Shown: positions 31,121 to 41,878, counted from the stretch's first letter. The stretch: 64,000 nucleotides of DNA from Candidatus Bathyarchaeota archaeon (GCA_018396535.1 JAGTQC010000002.1:128001-192000), one strand, 5' to 3'. Made by a program: numbers and translations. Notes: a model not told the origin generated them from the letters alone.

Positions 31121-31151
31121 TTTATAAATGTATCGGAAAACGGTTACCGTA
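31121..31151 (-). promoter_or_regulatory. TATA box (TTTATAAA) plus an adjacent palindromic operator candidate
   Basis: TTTATAAA at 31121-31128, about 32 nt upstream of the start. GGAA-N6-TACC and the palindrome ACGGT-T-ACCGT lie at 31135-31150. Confidence 0.4.
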
Positions 31152-31258
31152 TACTATACCGTAATTTATAGTATTCTAGAATATCTAGGTTGGTTTAATG
31201 TAGGAAGCTGGATAACGTAAACCTAAAGTTTAAACTTCGAGCATCACCCTCCTATAGT

Positions 31259-31516
31259 ATGGGGATGACCCTGGTTCAGATTGGATTAGCGTTACTTATG
31301 GTAGGTTTTGTACTCGTAATATGTGGAATTATTATTACGGTGATTCAAAATCTTAGATGGGCTAGACGGAGGATTGGAGGAGCTATACTCATAGGACCTT
31401 TCCCCATAGTATTTGGGGATAAAGATCTTATTAAATATAGTTTCATCCTTCTAGCAATCATGATCGTGTTAACGCTGGTTCTACTATTGCTACCACCGAT
31501 ATTAGCTTCACTTTAA
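31259..31516 (+). CDS. DUF131 membrane protein
   Basis: GGAILIGPFPIVFG.D motif between two TM helices. Confidence 0.8.
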   Translation: MGMTLVQIGLALLMVGFVLVICGIIITVIQNLRWARRRIGGAILIGPFPIVFGDKDLIKYSFILLAIMIVLTLVLLLLPPILASL

Positions 31517-31612
31517 TCTACGTCATCCATAGGTTGAATTACCTATGAAAAAGATAAGGGTTATCTTTTACTTAGCGATCTTTGATTCTTAGGTGGAGGG
31601 AAGTCTAAGTAG

Positions 31613-32029
31613 ATGGTAGTATTATGCGAGGAGTGCGGTAGATATCAAGCTAGGTATGTGTGCGAAGATTGCGGTAAGAGGGTCTGTGCTATATGTTTCG
31701 ATACGTATTCGGGATTATGTAAATCATGTTTAAAAGAGCGTTATACTAAACCTTACCTAGAGGTTAAACCGATTGGATTTATGGAGCTCCCCCTAATCAT
31801 GATACTTCTAGGTGTTACTCTCATGTTTATAGGAGCACTTCTCATAGGGTTATCTGGGTTTGAATCTGGAAGTATAAGTGGTGGTATAGTTGTGATACCA
31901 TTCATTCCCATACCTATAGGTTTAGCTTTTGGTCCTTATAGCCTGGTTCTAGTAGTTTTAGCATATATATTAGCTGTAATCTTCTTCGTGTTAGCAATCA
32001 TCTGGTGGAGGAGGATAAAAAAGATATAG
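31613..32029 (+). CDS. Zn-finger plus DUF131-like membrane protein
   Basis: Four N-terminal CxxC pairs; GGIVVIPFIPIPIGLAFG. Confidence 0.65.
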   Translation: MVVLCEECGRYQARYVCEDCGKRVCAICFDTYSGLCKSCLKERYTKPYLEVKPIGFMELPLIMILLGVTLMFIGALLIGLSGFESGSISGGIVVIPFIPIPIGLAFGPYSLVLVVLAYILAVIFFVLAIIWWRRIKKI

Positions 32030-32066
32030 GGCTACCCACTCATAATATTGCTGTGGTGGGTACATC

Positions 32067-32405
32067 TTGGATATATCATGGGAGGAGTTTAAACGTAAGT
32101 ATCCGAATTTAGCTAGAGAGATAGAAGAGAAGACTATGTGTATATCTATCGGTGGGATTAGATGGGAGAATGGCGAAAACTACGATGAACTTCGAAACCC
32201 TGACGTCGTATCCTTTCTTAGAAGATGCGATACAGATGAAGAGGCATACGAAGTTATAGACTATCTGGAGAGAAGGGGGGAGATCTCTCGAGAATATGCT
32301 GAATCAGTGAGAAGGCAGGTTAGGGAGAAGGGTGTAAGATCGTTCGGTTCTCGTAAACCTATGGGCTACTATCTTATGAAGTACTATTATGGTGAGGATG
32401 TGTAG
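32067..32405 (+). CDS. DUF2095 family protein
   Basis: EEFKRKYPNLAREI, P.VVSFLRRC.T.EEA.EVIDYLERRGEI, GVRSFG.RK..GYY. Confidence 0.85.
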   Translation: MDISWEEFKRKYPNLAREIEEKTMCISIGGIRWENGENYDELRNPDVVSFLRRCDTDEEAYEVIDYLERRGEISREYAESVRRQVREKGVRSFGSRKPMGYYLMKYYYGEDV

Positions 32406-32725
32406 GCTTCGATTCTAATCCAATCCAGCTTTGGAGGATACCCCATCTCGGTTAGAGATTTCAATAGTTCTCGTAACTCATCTTCAAACTTACCGTCTCT
32501 TAGAAGTATCACATATCCATTCTTAACACCGTTAAAATGCCTCCTATCTTTAGTTACGAATATAGCTGAATGATACTCTATAAAGCTTTTTATTTCCTCA
32601 TCGGATGCATCAATGGAGAGGATATCCTTTATATGGTAGCTTTCCCCGTATCCTAAAGCCTTTAGGCATCCAACAAGTAGTGGAGATAGCATAGCATCTA
32701 CAAGTATTACAGGAGTACCCTTCAT
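32387..32725 (-). CDS. DUF5615/Mut7-C-type PIN domain protein
   Basis: ILVDAML, SDEEI, FVTKD..F. Confidence 0.6.
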   Translation of the reverse strand: MKGTPVILVDAMLSPLLVGCLKALGYGESYHIKDILSIDASDEEIKSFIEYHSAIFVTKDRRHFNGVKNGYVILLRDGKFEDELRELLKSLTEMGYPPKLDWIRIEAYTSSP

Positions 32726-32866
32726 ACTTCTACTCTAGAAAAGTAGAGTGATATGTATATAAATGTTATTCACAATATTGTATCAAAAACTCTATTTTTG
32801 TGTAAATGGTGTGAGAACGTTTATCCAGTAGTTCTACGTAAGCTTTCTATGTAAGGAAGAGAGGAT

Positions 32867-34456
32867 ATGCAGGAGACGGTATTCGATAGGGCTTGTAGGG
32901 AGATTGTAGCTATCCTAGCATCTAAACCTAGCCTCACTCCTAGGGATGTAGCTAGGGTTAAGCTTGATGTAGCGAAGAAGTATGCTTTACCGAGGATTCC
33001 ATCGAATAGCGAGCTAATCCACTATGCATCTGAATACGAGGTTCTAAAGAAGCTTCTAAGAAGGAAGCCTGTAAGGAGTATAAGCGGTGTTACTGTAGTA
33101 GCTGTTATGACTAAACCTTACCCATGCCCACAATCGGTTCCATGCCTATACTGCCCCGGTGGACCTAGGTATGGTACACCACAAAGCTATACAGGTAAAG
33201 AACCTGCAGCGCTTAGAGCTATACAATATGATTATGATCCCTATATGCAGGTTAAAGCTAGAGTTGAGCAGCTAGAGAAGGTGGGGCATAGGGTCGATAA
33301 GGTTGAACTTATAATCTTAGGAGGTACGTTTACAGCTTTACCTAGAGACTATGTGGAGTGGTTTGTTAAGAGATGTTTAGACGCGCTTAACGGTAGGGAA
33401 TCTAATAGCCTTGAAGAAGCTAAGAGGATAGCTGAGGATGCTCCTATAAGGTTATCTGGTATCATAGTCGAGACGAGACCTGACTGGTGTAAGGAAGGGC
33501 ATGTGGATTTTATGCTAAACTTAGGTGTTACTAGGGTTGAGATTGGTGTTCAAACAATATACGACCACGTGTATAGTATGGTTAGGAGAGGGCATAGGGT
33601 TTCCGATGTAGTAGAAGCGACTAGGATAGCTAAAGATTCTGGTTTAAAAGTGACGTACCATCTTATGCCGGGTCTCCCAGGCTCCGATAGGGATATGGAT
33701 ATAGAGATGTTTAGGGAGGTATTTGATAATCCTGATTTTAGACCTGATGCTTTGAAGATCTATCCATGCCTAGTTGTTAAAGGCTCAGATCTATATGATC
33801 TATGGATTAAAGGATTGTATAAACCATATGGATGCGATGAGCTTGTAGATCTTCTAGCTGAGGCTTTAAGCTGCATCCCACCGTATGTTCGTATACAGAG
33901 GATACAGAGGGATATACCAGCACCTCTTATAGAAGCTGGATGTAGGTATGGGAATCTTAGGGAATACGTAGAAGCAGAGATGGAGAGAAGAGGTAAGCCA
34001 TGCAGATGTATAAGGTGTAGGGAGGTGGGGCATAGGATGCTGAAGAAGGGGGTTAAACCTAGAATCGAAGATCTAGCCTTATCTAGGATAGAATACGAAG
34101 CTAGTATGGGGATCGAAATATTTCTATCGATTGAAGATAAGGTGAGAGATATACTGGTAGGATACCTACGTTTGAGGATTCCTTCACGATATGCTCATAG
34201 AGAGGAACTTAGAAATGCTGCTATCGTACGTGAACTTCACGTATACGGACCTATGCTACCAGTAGGATTTAAACCTACAGAGGAGTGGCAGCATAGAAGT
34301 CTAGGTAGAGGGCTACTTCTAGAAGCTGAACGTATTGTTAAAGAGGAGTATGACCTAGATAAGATAGTAGTAATAAGTGGTCTCGGTGTGAAGAGGTACT
34401 ATAGGAGGCTAGGATACGAGTATGATGGCCCGTATATGAGTAAAAGATTGGGGTAG
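32867..34456 (+). CDS. elp3: tRNA uridine(34) acetyltransferase Elp3
   Basis: CP...CLYCPGG, PQSYTG.EPA, ETRPD, KIYP, VRELHVYG, QHRSLG. Confidence 0.95.
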   Translation: MQETVFDRACREIVAILASKPSLTPRDVARVKLDVAKKYALPRIPSNSELIHYASEYEVLKKLLRRKPVRSISGVTVVAVMTKPYPCPQSVPCLYCPGGPRYGTPQSYTGKEPAALRAIQYDYDPYMQVKARVEQLEKVGHRVDKVELIILGGTFTALPRDYVEWFVKRCLDALNGRESNSLEEAKRIAEDAPIRLSGIIVETRPDWCKEGHVDFMLNLGVTRVEIGVQTIYDHVYSMVRRGHRVSDVVEATRIAKDSGLKVTYHLMPGLPGSDRDMDIEMFREVFDNPDFRPDALKIYPCLVVKGSDLYDLWIKGLYKPYGCDELVDLLAEALSCIPPYVRIQRIQRDIPAPLIEAGCRYGNLREYVEAEMERRGKPCRCIRCREVGHRMLKKGVKPRIEDLALSRIEYEASMGIEIFLSIEDKVRDILVGYLRLRIPSRYAHREELRNAAIVRELHVYGPMLPVGFKPTEEWQHRSLGRGLLLEAERIVKEEYDLDKIVVISGLGVKRYYRRLGYEYDGPYMSKRLG

Positions 34457-34561
34457 AAGTGTTAAACCGAAGCTGATATATACAGTGCTTATAATCTCTA
34501 TGGATTTTATAACGGGAAATTCTTAAATAAAACTTCAAGAAACAACATCCTAATGGATTAA

Positions 34562-34636
34562 GCGGTGGTCGTCTAGCCTGGTTAGGACACCAGCCTGCCA
34601 CGCTGGGAGTCGCGGGTTCGAATCCCGCCCACCGCA
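34562..34636 (+). tRNA. tRNA-Gly(GCC)
   Basis: Acceptor GCGGTGG/CCACCGC, anticodon arm CCAGC-CT GCC AC-GCTGG, GGTTCGAATCC. Confidence 0.95.
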
Positions 34637-35007
34637 TAAGATTCTATAAGCAAATATAACTCTAAGCAATACACTAGGTAAACTGGATAACGTTCTCTAC
34701 ATATGATCTCGAATCGCTACTAAAGTAGATGTTCGACTTGGTATATCATTACAGCTTATACAAGGTGATATAACATAGATTTGTGTAGCTGGGGAGATTA
34801 TGTTATTAGAAGGTGTATGCGATACTACTTATAGCTATGGGAGTAGTGTTATATTACGGATTCGATAGCTTCTATAATAGTTGTAGGCTGAAAGAATGCT
34901 AGTATATACGTAGAGTGGATGAAAAATATGCGGTAAGCAGATTTTATGTTCCACATATGTAAGCTCTTAAGGGTTAAAGTCTACTAAGCTTATCGATTAT
35001 CTATGCT

Positions 35008-35175
35008 ATGAGTAGAAGAAACTCTATGCGTCTTGTAACAGTTAAGCTGCCTGAGGCTATAGTTGAAGGTATAGATGAACTCGTTAAGACAGGGTTCTAC
35101 CCTAGTAGAAGTGCTGTTATAAGAGCTGCTGTTAGAGATCTTCTAAGAAGAGAGTTATGGAGAACTCAAAGCTGA
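35008..35175 (+). CDS. Small ribbon-helix-helix (CopG/CdrS-like) regulator
   Basis: 55 aa, [51 protein letters not shown]; below the ORF-track cut-off. Confidence 0.85.
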   Translation: MSRRNSMRLVTVKLPEAIVEGIDELVKTGFYPSRSAVIRAAVRDLLRRELWRTQS

Positions 35176-35919
35176 ATGTATAAGCTTGGTAAGTCTTCTA
35201 GCTTCCTCTTCAGGGCTCTGCGAGCATAGTATACTTCTACCAGTGATTATATACTTAGCTCCTGCTCTCACAGCTTCGATAGCAGAGCCTCCTTGAACGC
35301 CTACACCGGGGGAGTATATCGGTATATCCTCCCCTAATATATCGTAGACTTCACGTATTACATCGATTCTTGTAGCACCTACTATCGCTCCATCGCATCC
35401 CCATTCTAAAGCCCTATATGCGAATATCTTATAGAATGGCTGCTGATAACCTCCATCCAACACTATCCTACCGTAACCTTCAGATGCTCCTCTATGACTC
35501 ATGTATATCAGGGGTAGTACACCGCCATATCTCGCATTAACCTCCCTTGCGATAACATCTACCCCGTCACTCCATCCTATAAATGGATTTACCGTTATAG
35601 CATCGAATCCAGCATCCATCAGGTATCTTACAGCAACCTCGTTCGTCGAGCCTATATCGTTAAGTTTACAATCAGCTATACATTGCACTCCATGCTTATG
35701 TGCTTTAGAGGTTATCCTGTATAATTCATTTAAACTTAAAGGTAGTAGTAGATGCCAGTTCAGCTTAACTCCACATATGTAATCGGATAATCTTTCTAGC
35801 ATACATAAAGCGTAATCTTCGAGTTTAGATGAATCTACCCCGACTGGATCTAGAGCAAGTATTAGCCTTGTTTTCTTACTAACTGCCAAATCCTCTATAC
35901 GGTACTTAAACCTCTTCAT
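35155..35919 (-). CDS. pyrF: Orotidine-5'-phosphate decarboxylase
   Basis: [33 protein letters not shown]. Confidence 0.92.
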   Translation of the reverse strand: MKRFKYRIEDLAVSKKTRLILALDPVGVDSSKLEDYALCMLERLSDYICGVKLNWHLLLPLSLNELYRITSKAHKHGVQCIADCKLNDIGSTNEVAVRYLMDAGFDAITVNPFIGWSDGVDVIAREVNARYGGVLPLIYMSHRGASEGYGRIVLDGGYQQPFYKIFAYRALEWGCDGAIVGATRIDVIREVYDILGEDIPIYSPGVGVQGGSAIEAVRAGAKYIITGRSILCSQSPEEEARRLTKLIHSALSSP

Positions 35920-35969
35920 GTCAGGTTAGCTTTATGCCTCTGACATATAGATAAATCTACACATGAGTT

Positions 35970-36725
35970 ATGCAGATAAAGGTTGGATGCTGCGGCTTTA
36001 GTGTGAAAGGGGGTAGGAAGGCGTACTACAGATTATTCGATCTAGTAGAGATACAATCGACATTCTATCAGCTTCCGAATACTAGTACAGCTATGAGTTG
36101 GAGAAGGGAGGCCCCCGAGGGGTTTGAATTTACTTTAAAAGCGTGGCAGGCTGTTACTCATCCACTTGATAGTCCTACATGGAGGAGGGCTAGGTGGAAG
36201 CCACCGGTAGATAAGGCTTCTAGTTACGGATTACTAAAGCCTACTGAGGAAAACCTAGAGGCATGGGATATGATTGTAGAGATAGCGCGGATTCTACGTA
36301 GTAGGGTAGTAGTTGTTCAATGCCCACCATCGTTTCAAGCTACAGAGGAGAGTGTATCGGATTTGAAAGCATTCTTTAATAAAGCTTCTACCGGAGGCTT
36401 AATCGTAGCATGGGAGCCTAGACATAGCTCTTGGACTTATGAGTTGGTTAGATCTATATGCTTGGAGCTAGGTTTAATCCACATAGTGGATCCGTTTAAG
36501 GAGAGATGTGCTACCGAGGATGTTAGCCCCGTATATTATAGACTACACGGTTTAGGTAGTAGACCGTACGTGTACAAGTATACTGATGATGATCTAAGAA
36601 TTCTATATGAAAAATATGTGAGGCCTCTAATAGAGAACGGCTTAGAAACGTATATTTTATGGAATAACATATATATGGCTCAGGATGCTGAGCGGTTTAA
36701 ACAACTATACCTAAAAGCGGGGTGA
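35970..36725 (+). CDS. DUF72 family protein
   Basis: VGCCGF, VEIQSTFY, F.FTLKAWQ..TH, QCPPSF, WEPR, YYRLHG. Confidence 0.9.
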   Translation: MQIKVGCCGFSVKGGRKAYYRLFDLVEIQSTFYQLPNTSTAMSWRREAPEGFEFTLKAWQAVTHPLDSPTWRRARWKPPVDKASSYGLLKPTEENLEAWDMIVEIARILRSRVVVVQCPPSFQATEESVSDLKAFFNKASTGGLIVAWEPRHSSWTYELVRSICLELGLIHIVDPFKERCATEDVSPVYYRLHGLGSRPYVYKYTDDDLRILYEKYVRPLIENGLETYILWNNIYMAQDAERFKQLYLKAG

Positions 36726-36731
36726 AGCCTG

Positions 36732-37484
36732 CTATAGCTCTCCACATACACAGAATACCTCTCTACAAATATCGTATAGCCTATCTAAGCCTAGACCTGT
36801 CTTAGCGGATACGGCAGTTATGTTACCGGTATGCTTAGAGTATTTTTGAGCCAAATCTGCTAGTGCTAAAGCTATATCGCTTGATGCGCCGAGCTTCTCC
36901 TCCAATATTTTAGCTTTAAACTTCTCTGGATGGTTTAGTAGAGATAATACAGTTTCAGCTTCAGGTAAATCAGATTTATTCAGGACGGATATGCATGGTA
37001 CGCCAAGTCTTACCTGTGTAGCTACGGCTAAGCTTAGAGCTACAGATAGATCTGAAGCAGTCCTAGCAAGTATAGGATCGAATATGTATACTGCTACGAT
37101 CCTACCAAGCTTCCTAAGAAGCTCTGCTATGATTGGCCCTGTATCTCTAAATACGAATATCTCCATCTGCCCAGGTGTATCTATCAACATGAAGTCCGAC
37201 TTTATCATAGATAAATCTGAAACTATCCTATCGCTGTATTCCTTCATAAGCTCGGCTGCTCGTATAATAGCTCCATTAGGGCCTAAACCTTCTCTCTCCA
37301 TAAGATCCTTAACCGTGAAGAATGTACGTATATCAAAATCTGGTTTAAACGGGGTATACGTGCATCCAGGATCTAGGTTTACGTAACCGACTTCTACCTC
37401 CATCTCCTTTTCAAGCCATAACCCGAAGGAATGTGTAAGGCTAGATTTGCCTGATCCAGCGGTACCTATGAACATTATATACAT
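36732..37484 (-). CDS. GPN-loop GTPase
   Basis: GTAGSGKS, NLDPG, LGPNG, DTPGQME, NKSD. Confidence 0.93.
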   Translation of the reverse strand: MYIMFIGTAGSGKSSLTHSFGLWLEKEMEVEVGYVNLDPGCTYTPFKPDFDIRTFFTVKDLMEREGLGPNGAIIRAAELMKEYSDRIVSDLSMIKSDFMLIDTPGQMEIFVFRDTGPIIAELLRKLGRIVAVYIFDPILARTASDLSVALSLAVATQVRLGVPCISVLNKSDLPEAETVLSLLNHPEKFKAKILEEKLGASSDIALALADLAQKYSKHTGNITAVSAKTGLGLDRLYDICREVFCVCGEL

Positions 37485-37607
37485 AGCTTTAGCCTTGAAA
37501 TTCTGTATGATAACCGTTGTATCTAAATTTTTGCTTTATGAACGTATCTGAAAACCTTAATGACATTTATAAGCCAGTACTACGTTTATCCAACATAGAT
37601 TCGAGAG

Positions 37608-39062
37608 ATGTCAGCTCATGTTCCTCTTAGAAGAGTAGATGAGTATGTATGGGAGATACCTAAAGATTTCAAACCAGGTATGCGTGTACCATGCAGAATA
37701 TATGCAGATGAAGCTCTATTAGAGAAGATGAGAAGCGATATGACTCTCATCCAGTGTGCTAACGTAGCCCACTTACCAGGTATCTATAAGTGGTCTCTCA
37801 CGATGCCAGATGGCCATGAAGGCTACGGATTCCCTATAGGGGGTGTAGCTGCTACAGATTACGAGGAAGGTGTTCTAAGCCCTGGAGGAGTTGGCTATGA
37901 TATAAACTGCGGTGTACGATTGATTAGGACAAACCTAGATATAGATGATATCAAACCGGTGTTAGGTAAGCTGATAGACCTTATATTCCATTATGTACCA
38001 TCAGGTTTAGGGAGTAAGGGTAGGATAAGGGTTACTCAAAGCGAGCTTGATAAAGCTGTAACAGAGGGGGTGGCGTGGGCTATTAAAGCTGGTTACGGAT
38101 GGCATGAGGATGCTGAGAGATGCGAGGAGGAGGGATGTATGAAGATGGCTGATCCTACTAAGGTATCGTCCACAGCTAAGCAGAGGGGTGTAGGTCAGAT
38201 AGGTAGCCTTGGGAGTGGAAACCACTTCCTAGAGATAGATGTAGTGGATAGGATTTATGATGAGAGGGTTGCACGTAGGTTTGGTATAGAACATGAGGGG
38301 CAAGTAATGATTCTAGTTCATACTGGTAGTAGAGGGTATGGTCATCAGATATGCAGCGATTATCTCAGAGTTATGGAGAGAGCAGTCCATAAGTATGGCT
38401 TGAAACTACCTGACCGCGAGCTTGCATGTGCACCTGCTAAAAGCCGGGAGCTTGAAGACTATTTTGCAGCTATGTCCTGTGCATGCAATTTTGCATGGGT
38501 GAATAGACAGCTTATAACACACTGGGTGAGAGAAGCCTTTAAAGATATAGTTAGAAGGGATCCTGAGGATCTAGGTATGCACTTAGTATACGATGTAGCT
38601 CATAATATAGCTAAGGTGGAGGAGCATACTGTTGATGGTAGGAGGGTTAAGGTCTTTGTACATAGGAAGGGGGCTACCAGGGCATTCCCAGCAGGACATC
38701 CAGATGTACCTGCTGAGTATAGGGATGTGGGTCAACCTGTACTTATACCTGGAAGTATGGGTACAGCATCATGGGTTCTAGTAGGAGATCCTAAAGCTAT
38801 GGAGATAAGCTTCGGATCGACAGCTCATGGTGCTGGTAGAGTTCTAAGTAGGGAGGCGGCTAAGAGAAGGTATCCGAGTAGCGAGGTTGTAAGAAGGCTT
38901 GAGAGACAGGGTATAATCATACGTGCTGAGAGTATGGCTGTAGTAAGTGAAGAAGCTCCTGAAGCGTATAAGGATGTAGATAGGGTAGTCGAGGTAAGTC
39001 ATAATGTAGGTATAGCGCGTAAGGTAGCCCGCTTACTACCTATAGCTGTCGCGAAGGGTTAG
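37608..39062 (+). CDS. rtcB: tRNA-splicing RNA ligase RtcB (no intein)
   Basis: MPDGHEGYGFPIGG, GYDINCG, GSGNHF, HRKGAT, HGAGR, EEAP.AYK. Confidence 0.96.
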   Translation: MSAHVPLRRVDEYVWEIPKDFKPGMRVPCRIYADEALLEKMRSDMTLIQCANVAHLPGIYKWSLTMPDGHEGYGFPIGGVAATDYEEGVLSPGGVGYDINCGVRLIRTNLDIDDIKPVLGKLIDLIFHYVPSGLGSKGRIRVTQSELDKAVTEGVAWAIKAGYGWHEDAERCEEEGCMKMADPTKVSSTAKQRGVGQIGSLGSGNHFLEIDVVDRIYDERVARRFGIEHEGQVMILVHTGSRGYGHQICSDYLRVMERAVHKYGLKLPDRELACAPAKSRELEDYFAAMSCACNFAWVNRQLITHWVREAFKDIVRRDPEDLGMHLVYDVAHNIAKVEEHTVDGRRVKVFVHRKGATRAFPAGHPDVPAEYRDVGQPVLIPGSMGTASWVLVGDPKAMEISFGSTAHGAGRVLSREAAKRRYPSSEVVRRLERQGIIIRAESMAVVSEEAPEAYKDVDRVVEVSHNVGIARKVARLLPIAVAKG

Positions 39063-39463
39063 ATACCGTAGTGGATGGTTGGAATAAGGCTGTGCTCTAA
39101 ATTTAGCCATCTATTTTTCCTCCTACATAGATAATCTTATTGATAATATGATTCTTCATAGAGCTTTATCATCTATCGAGAATTATACCGGTATCTAATA
39201 TGGGTCTCCCCGATCCGAACTATTCCCTTCTTAAATACTACTGAAGCTATCCTTCAGCTGGTATCCTAATTCTGTTAAAGCGGTTCTACATCTTATAGAT
39301 ACGTCTATACACCTAGCTTTTATCGTATAGCTGATACTTTGTGAAAAATATGCGATTCTCAGCTAACCTAGAGGGGTATTTATCATATTTCACCAATAGA
39401 TTTTCAAAATCATGAGTAAAGCTACTTTTATAGTATGGTAGCTTACAGACCATTGTATTAGGC

Positions 39464-41878
39464 TTGGTGGAGTTCATACTAGCTGGTAATGCGCACATAG
39501 ATCCAGTATGGCTTTGGAGATGGTTTGAAGGATATTGGACTGTAAGATCTACTGTTAGACGTGTATTAGATCTCATGGAGAAACATCCCTCTATAACATT
39601 CGTTTTCTCTTCTTCCATCATGTATAGATGGCTTGAGGAATGTGAACCACAATTATTCGAGAAGGTTAAGAAGCTGATAGGTGAAGGCCGATGGATTCCG
39701 ATCGGTGGATGGGTTGTTGAACCTGATTGCAATATCCCTTGCGGAGAATCGTATATACGTCAAGCCTTATACGGTAAGATGTACTTTAAGGAAAGGCTAG
39801 GAATCGACATAGTGGTCGGCTATAATATAGATAGCTTTGGGCATAACGCTTCTCTTCCACAGATACTCAGGAAATCTGGATACGAGTACTACATCTTTAT
39901 GAGACCTGATAGACGTGAAAAAGATCTTCCACCCATATTTCTATGGGAGTCTCCGGATGGAAGTAGAATCCTAGCTTATAGGCATCCTGTAAGCTATGCA
40001 CTACACGGTGACCGTCTTGTAGAAGCTTTAGAGAGATTAGCATCGAATCCACCCCTACCGGTTATCCTTATACTATTCGGTAGGGGGGATCATGGAGGTG
40101 GACCTACATACGAGGATGTGAAAGCTATAGAGGAGTTTGCAGGTAGATTCAAATATATTGGTATTAGATTTTCTAATCCGGAGGAGTTCTTCAAACGTAT
40201 AGTAGAAGCTGGATTGGATATGCCTATCGTTAGAGGTGAGCTGCAACACCATGCAACGGGATGCTACTCTCTACTATCGGAGGTTAAAACATTGAATAGG
40301 AGAGCTGAATATAGTCTTATGGCTGCAGAGAGGTTATCCGTACTAGCATATCTATTGACTGGTTTGAGCTATCCTAGGGATAGGCTTAGGATGGGGTGGA
40401 TGCATACATTATTCTGCCAATTCCACGATTCGCTAGCTGGGACATGTATCCCGGAGGCGTATTGGGATATTCGGAGCATGTATAGCGAATCTATAGACAT
40501 AGCTTACGAATCCATCAATCTAGCAGCACAGAGGATATCGTCCATGGTTGATACGAGTGGCGGAGTATACATCATAGTATTTAATCCTACTGGTGTTCAT
40601 GTTAGATTCCCTATAGAGGTAGAGCCTTGGCCTGGGGATTATGCTATCCTAGATCCAGATAATGGTGGGCTAGTCCAGGTGCAGGATGTGAAACCATCAT
40701 CTATCACCGCTCGTAGAAGAGTATTATTCACAGCGGATATACCTGCTCTAGGCTATAAATCGTATAGATTAGTCGATAAACCTGTTCGGGAGAACGAGCT
40801 TAAGGGGGTACTGGAAGCGTCTGATCTAACTATAAGGAATGACTATTTCATAATCGAGGTGGATTCTGAAAACTGTGGGATTAAGATGCTTTATGATAGG
40901 AGGGTCGGTGTAAACGTATTCAGAGGATACGGAGCCTCACCCATAGTCTTGAAGGATGAAAGCGATACATGGGGTCATGGAGTATACACCTACAGGTATG
41001 AGGAGGGCAGGTTTAAGAATACTGAAGTTTCGCTTATAGAATCCGGTCCTATAAGAGCGACTATTTGTGTTAAAGCATGTTTTTCGAATTCTACGATTTG
41101 GCAATACATATCTCTCTATAGAGGACTCGACTTTATAGATGTTAAGGTTAAGCTTGATTGGAGAGAGAAGCATAGGATGCTTAAGCTATCCTTCCCCGTT
41201 AACCTAAACTCCTCTAAGGTAACATATGAAATCCCCTATGGCGTTATAACTAGGATAGCTAACGGAGTAGAGGAGCCTGGGCAGAGATGGGTTGATGTAT
41301 CTGGTACCCTTTCAACACCAGATAGGAGTGTAGAATTTGGGTTAGCTATAGTTAACGATTCTAAGTATAGTTATGATGCCTATGGCTCAGAACTCCGTAT
41401 GAGTATACTTAGAAGTCCACCGTACGCTCATCACGAGCCGCATAAACTCAAACCTAATGTAGATTATGAGTATATAGATCAAGGCCTCCATACGTTTAGA
41501 TATGTATTAATACCCCATCCTGGTGATTGGAAAACTGTTTTCTATAGGATAGCGGAGATAGCTGAGATACTAAATACAGGCTTCTTCTACATAGTCGAAG
41601 ATCGGCATATAGGCTCTCTACCACTTAAACTTTCATCGATAAATGTCGAGCCATACAATGTTATACCATCTGTTCTGAAACTCTCTGAAGAATCAAACGA
41701 TTTGATACTAAGATTAGTAGAATATTGTGGGATCGAAACCGAGGCATATATAGATATACCGATTCTAGGTAGAGAGATAGGGATTGAGATTAAGCCATTC
41801 GAGATAAAAACCCTAAGGATACCATTAGATAAAGATAAACCAGTAGTCGAGTGTAACCTACTAGAGACCCCTATATGA
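39464..41878 (+). CDS. GH38 alpha-mannosidase
   Basis: AHIDPVWLW, GGWVVEPD.N.P.GES, DSFGH, GDHGGGP, QFHD.L.GT. Confidence 0.93.
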   Translation: MVEFILAGNAHIDPVWLWRWFEGYWTVRSTVRRVLDLMEKHPSITFVFSSSIMYRWLEECEPQLFEKVKKLIGEGRWIPIGGWVVEPDCNIPCGESYIRQALYGKMYFKERLGIDIVVGYNIDSFGHNASLPQILRKSGYEYYIFMRPDRREKDLPPIFLWESPDGSRILAYRHPVSYALHGDRLVEALERLASNPPLPVILILFGRGDHGGGPTYEDVKAIEEFAGRFKYIGIRFSNPEEFFKRIVEAGLDMPIVRGELQHHATGCYSLLSEVKTLNRRAEYSLMAAERLSVLAYLLTGLSYPRDRLRMGWMHTLFCQFHDSLAGTCIPEAYWDIRSMYSESIDIAYESINLAAQRISSMVDTSGGVYIIVFNPTGVHVRFPIEVEPWPGDYAILDPDNGGLVQVQDVKPSSITARRRVLFTADIPALGYKSYRLVDKPVRENELKGVLEASDLTIRNDYFIIEVDSENCGIKMLYDRRVGVNVFRGYGASPIVLKDESDTWGHGVYTYRYEEGRFKNTEVSLIESGPIRATICVKACFSNSTIWQYISLYRGLDFIDVKVKLDWREKHRMLKLSFPVNLNSSKVTYEIPYGVITRIANGVEEPGQRWVDVSGTLSTPDRSVEFGLAIVNDSKYSYDAYGSELRMSILRSPPYAHHEPHKLKPNVDYEYIDQGLHTFRYVLIPHPGDWKTVFYRIAEIAEILNTGFFYIVEDRHIGSLPLKLSSINVEPYNVIPSVLKLSEESNDLILRLVEYCGIETEAYIDIPILGREIGIEIKPFEIKTLRIPLDKDKPVVECNLLETPI

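Noticed and set aside
34710-34778. Macro-domain-like peptide (LQLIQGDIT*) downstream of tRNA-Gly
   Set aside because: Only one short motif, with no start codon or continuation.
39063-39460. Long intergenic region after rtcB as a possible ncRNA or relic gene
   Set aside because: No stable structure or assignable frame was seen.
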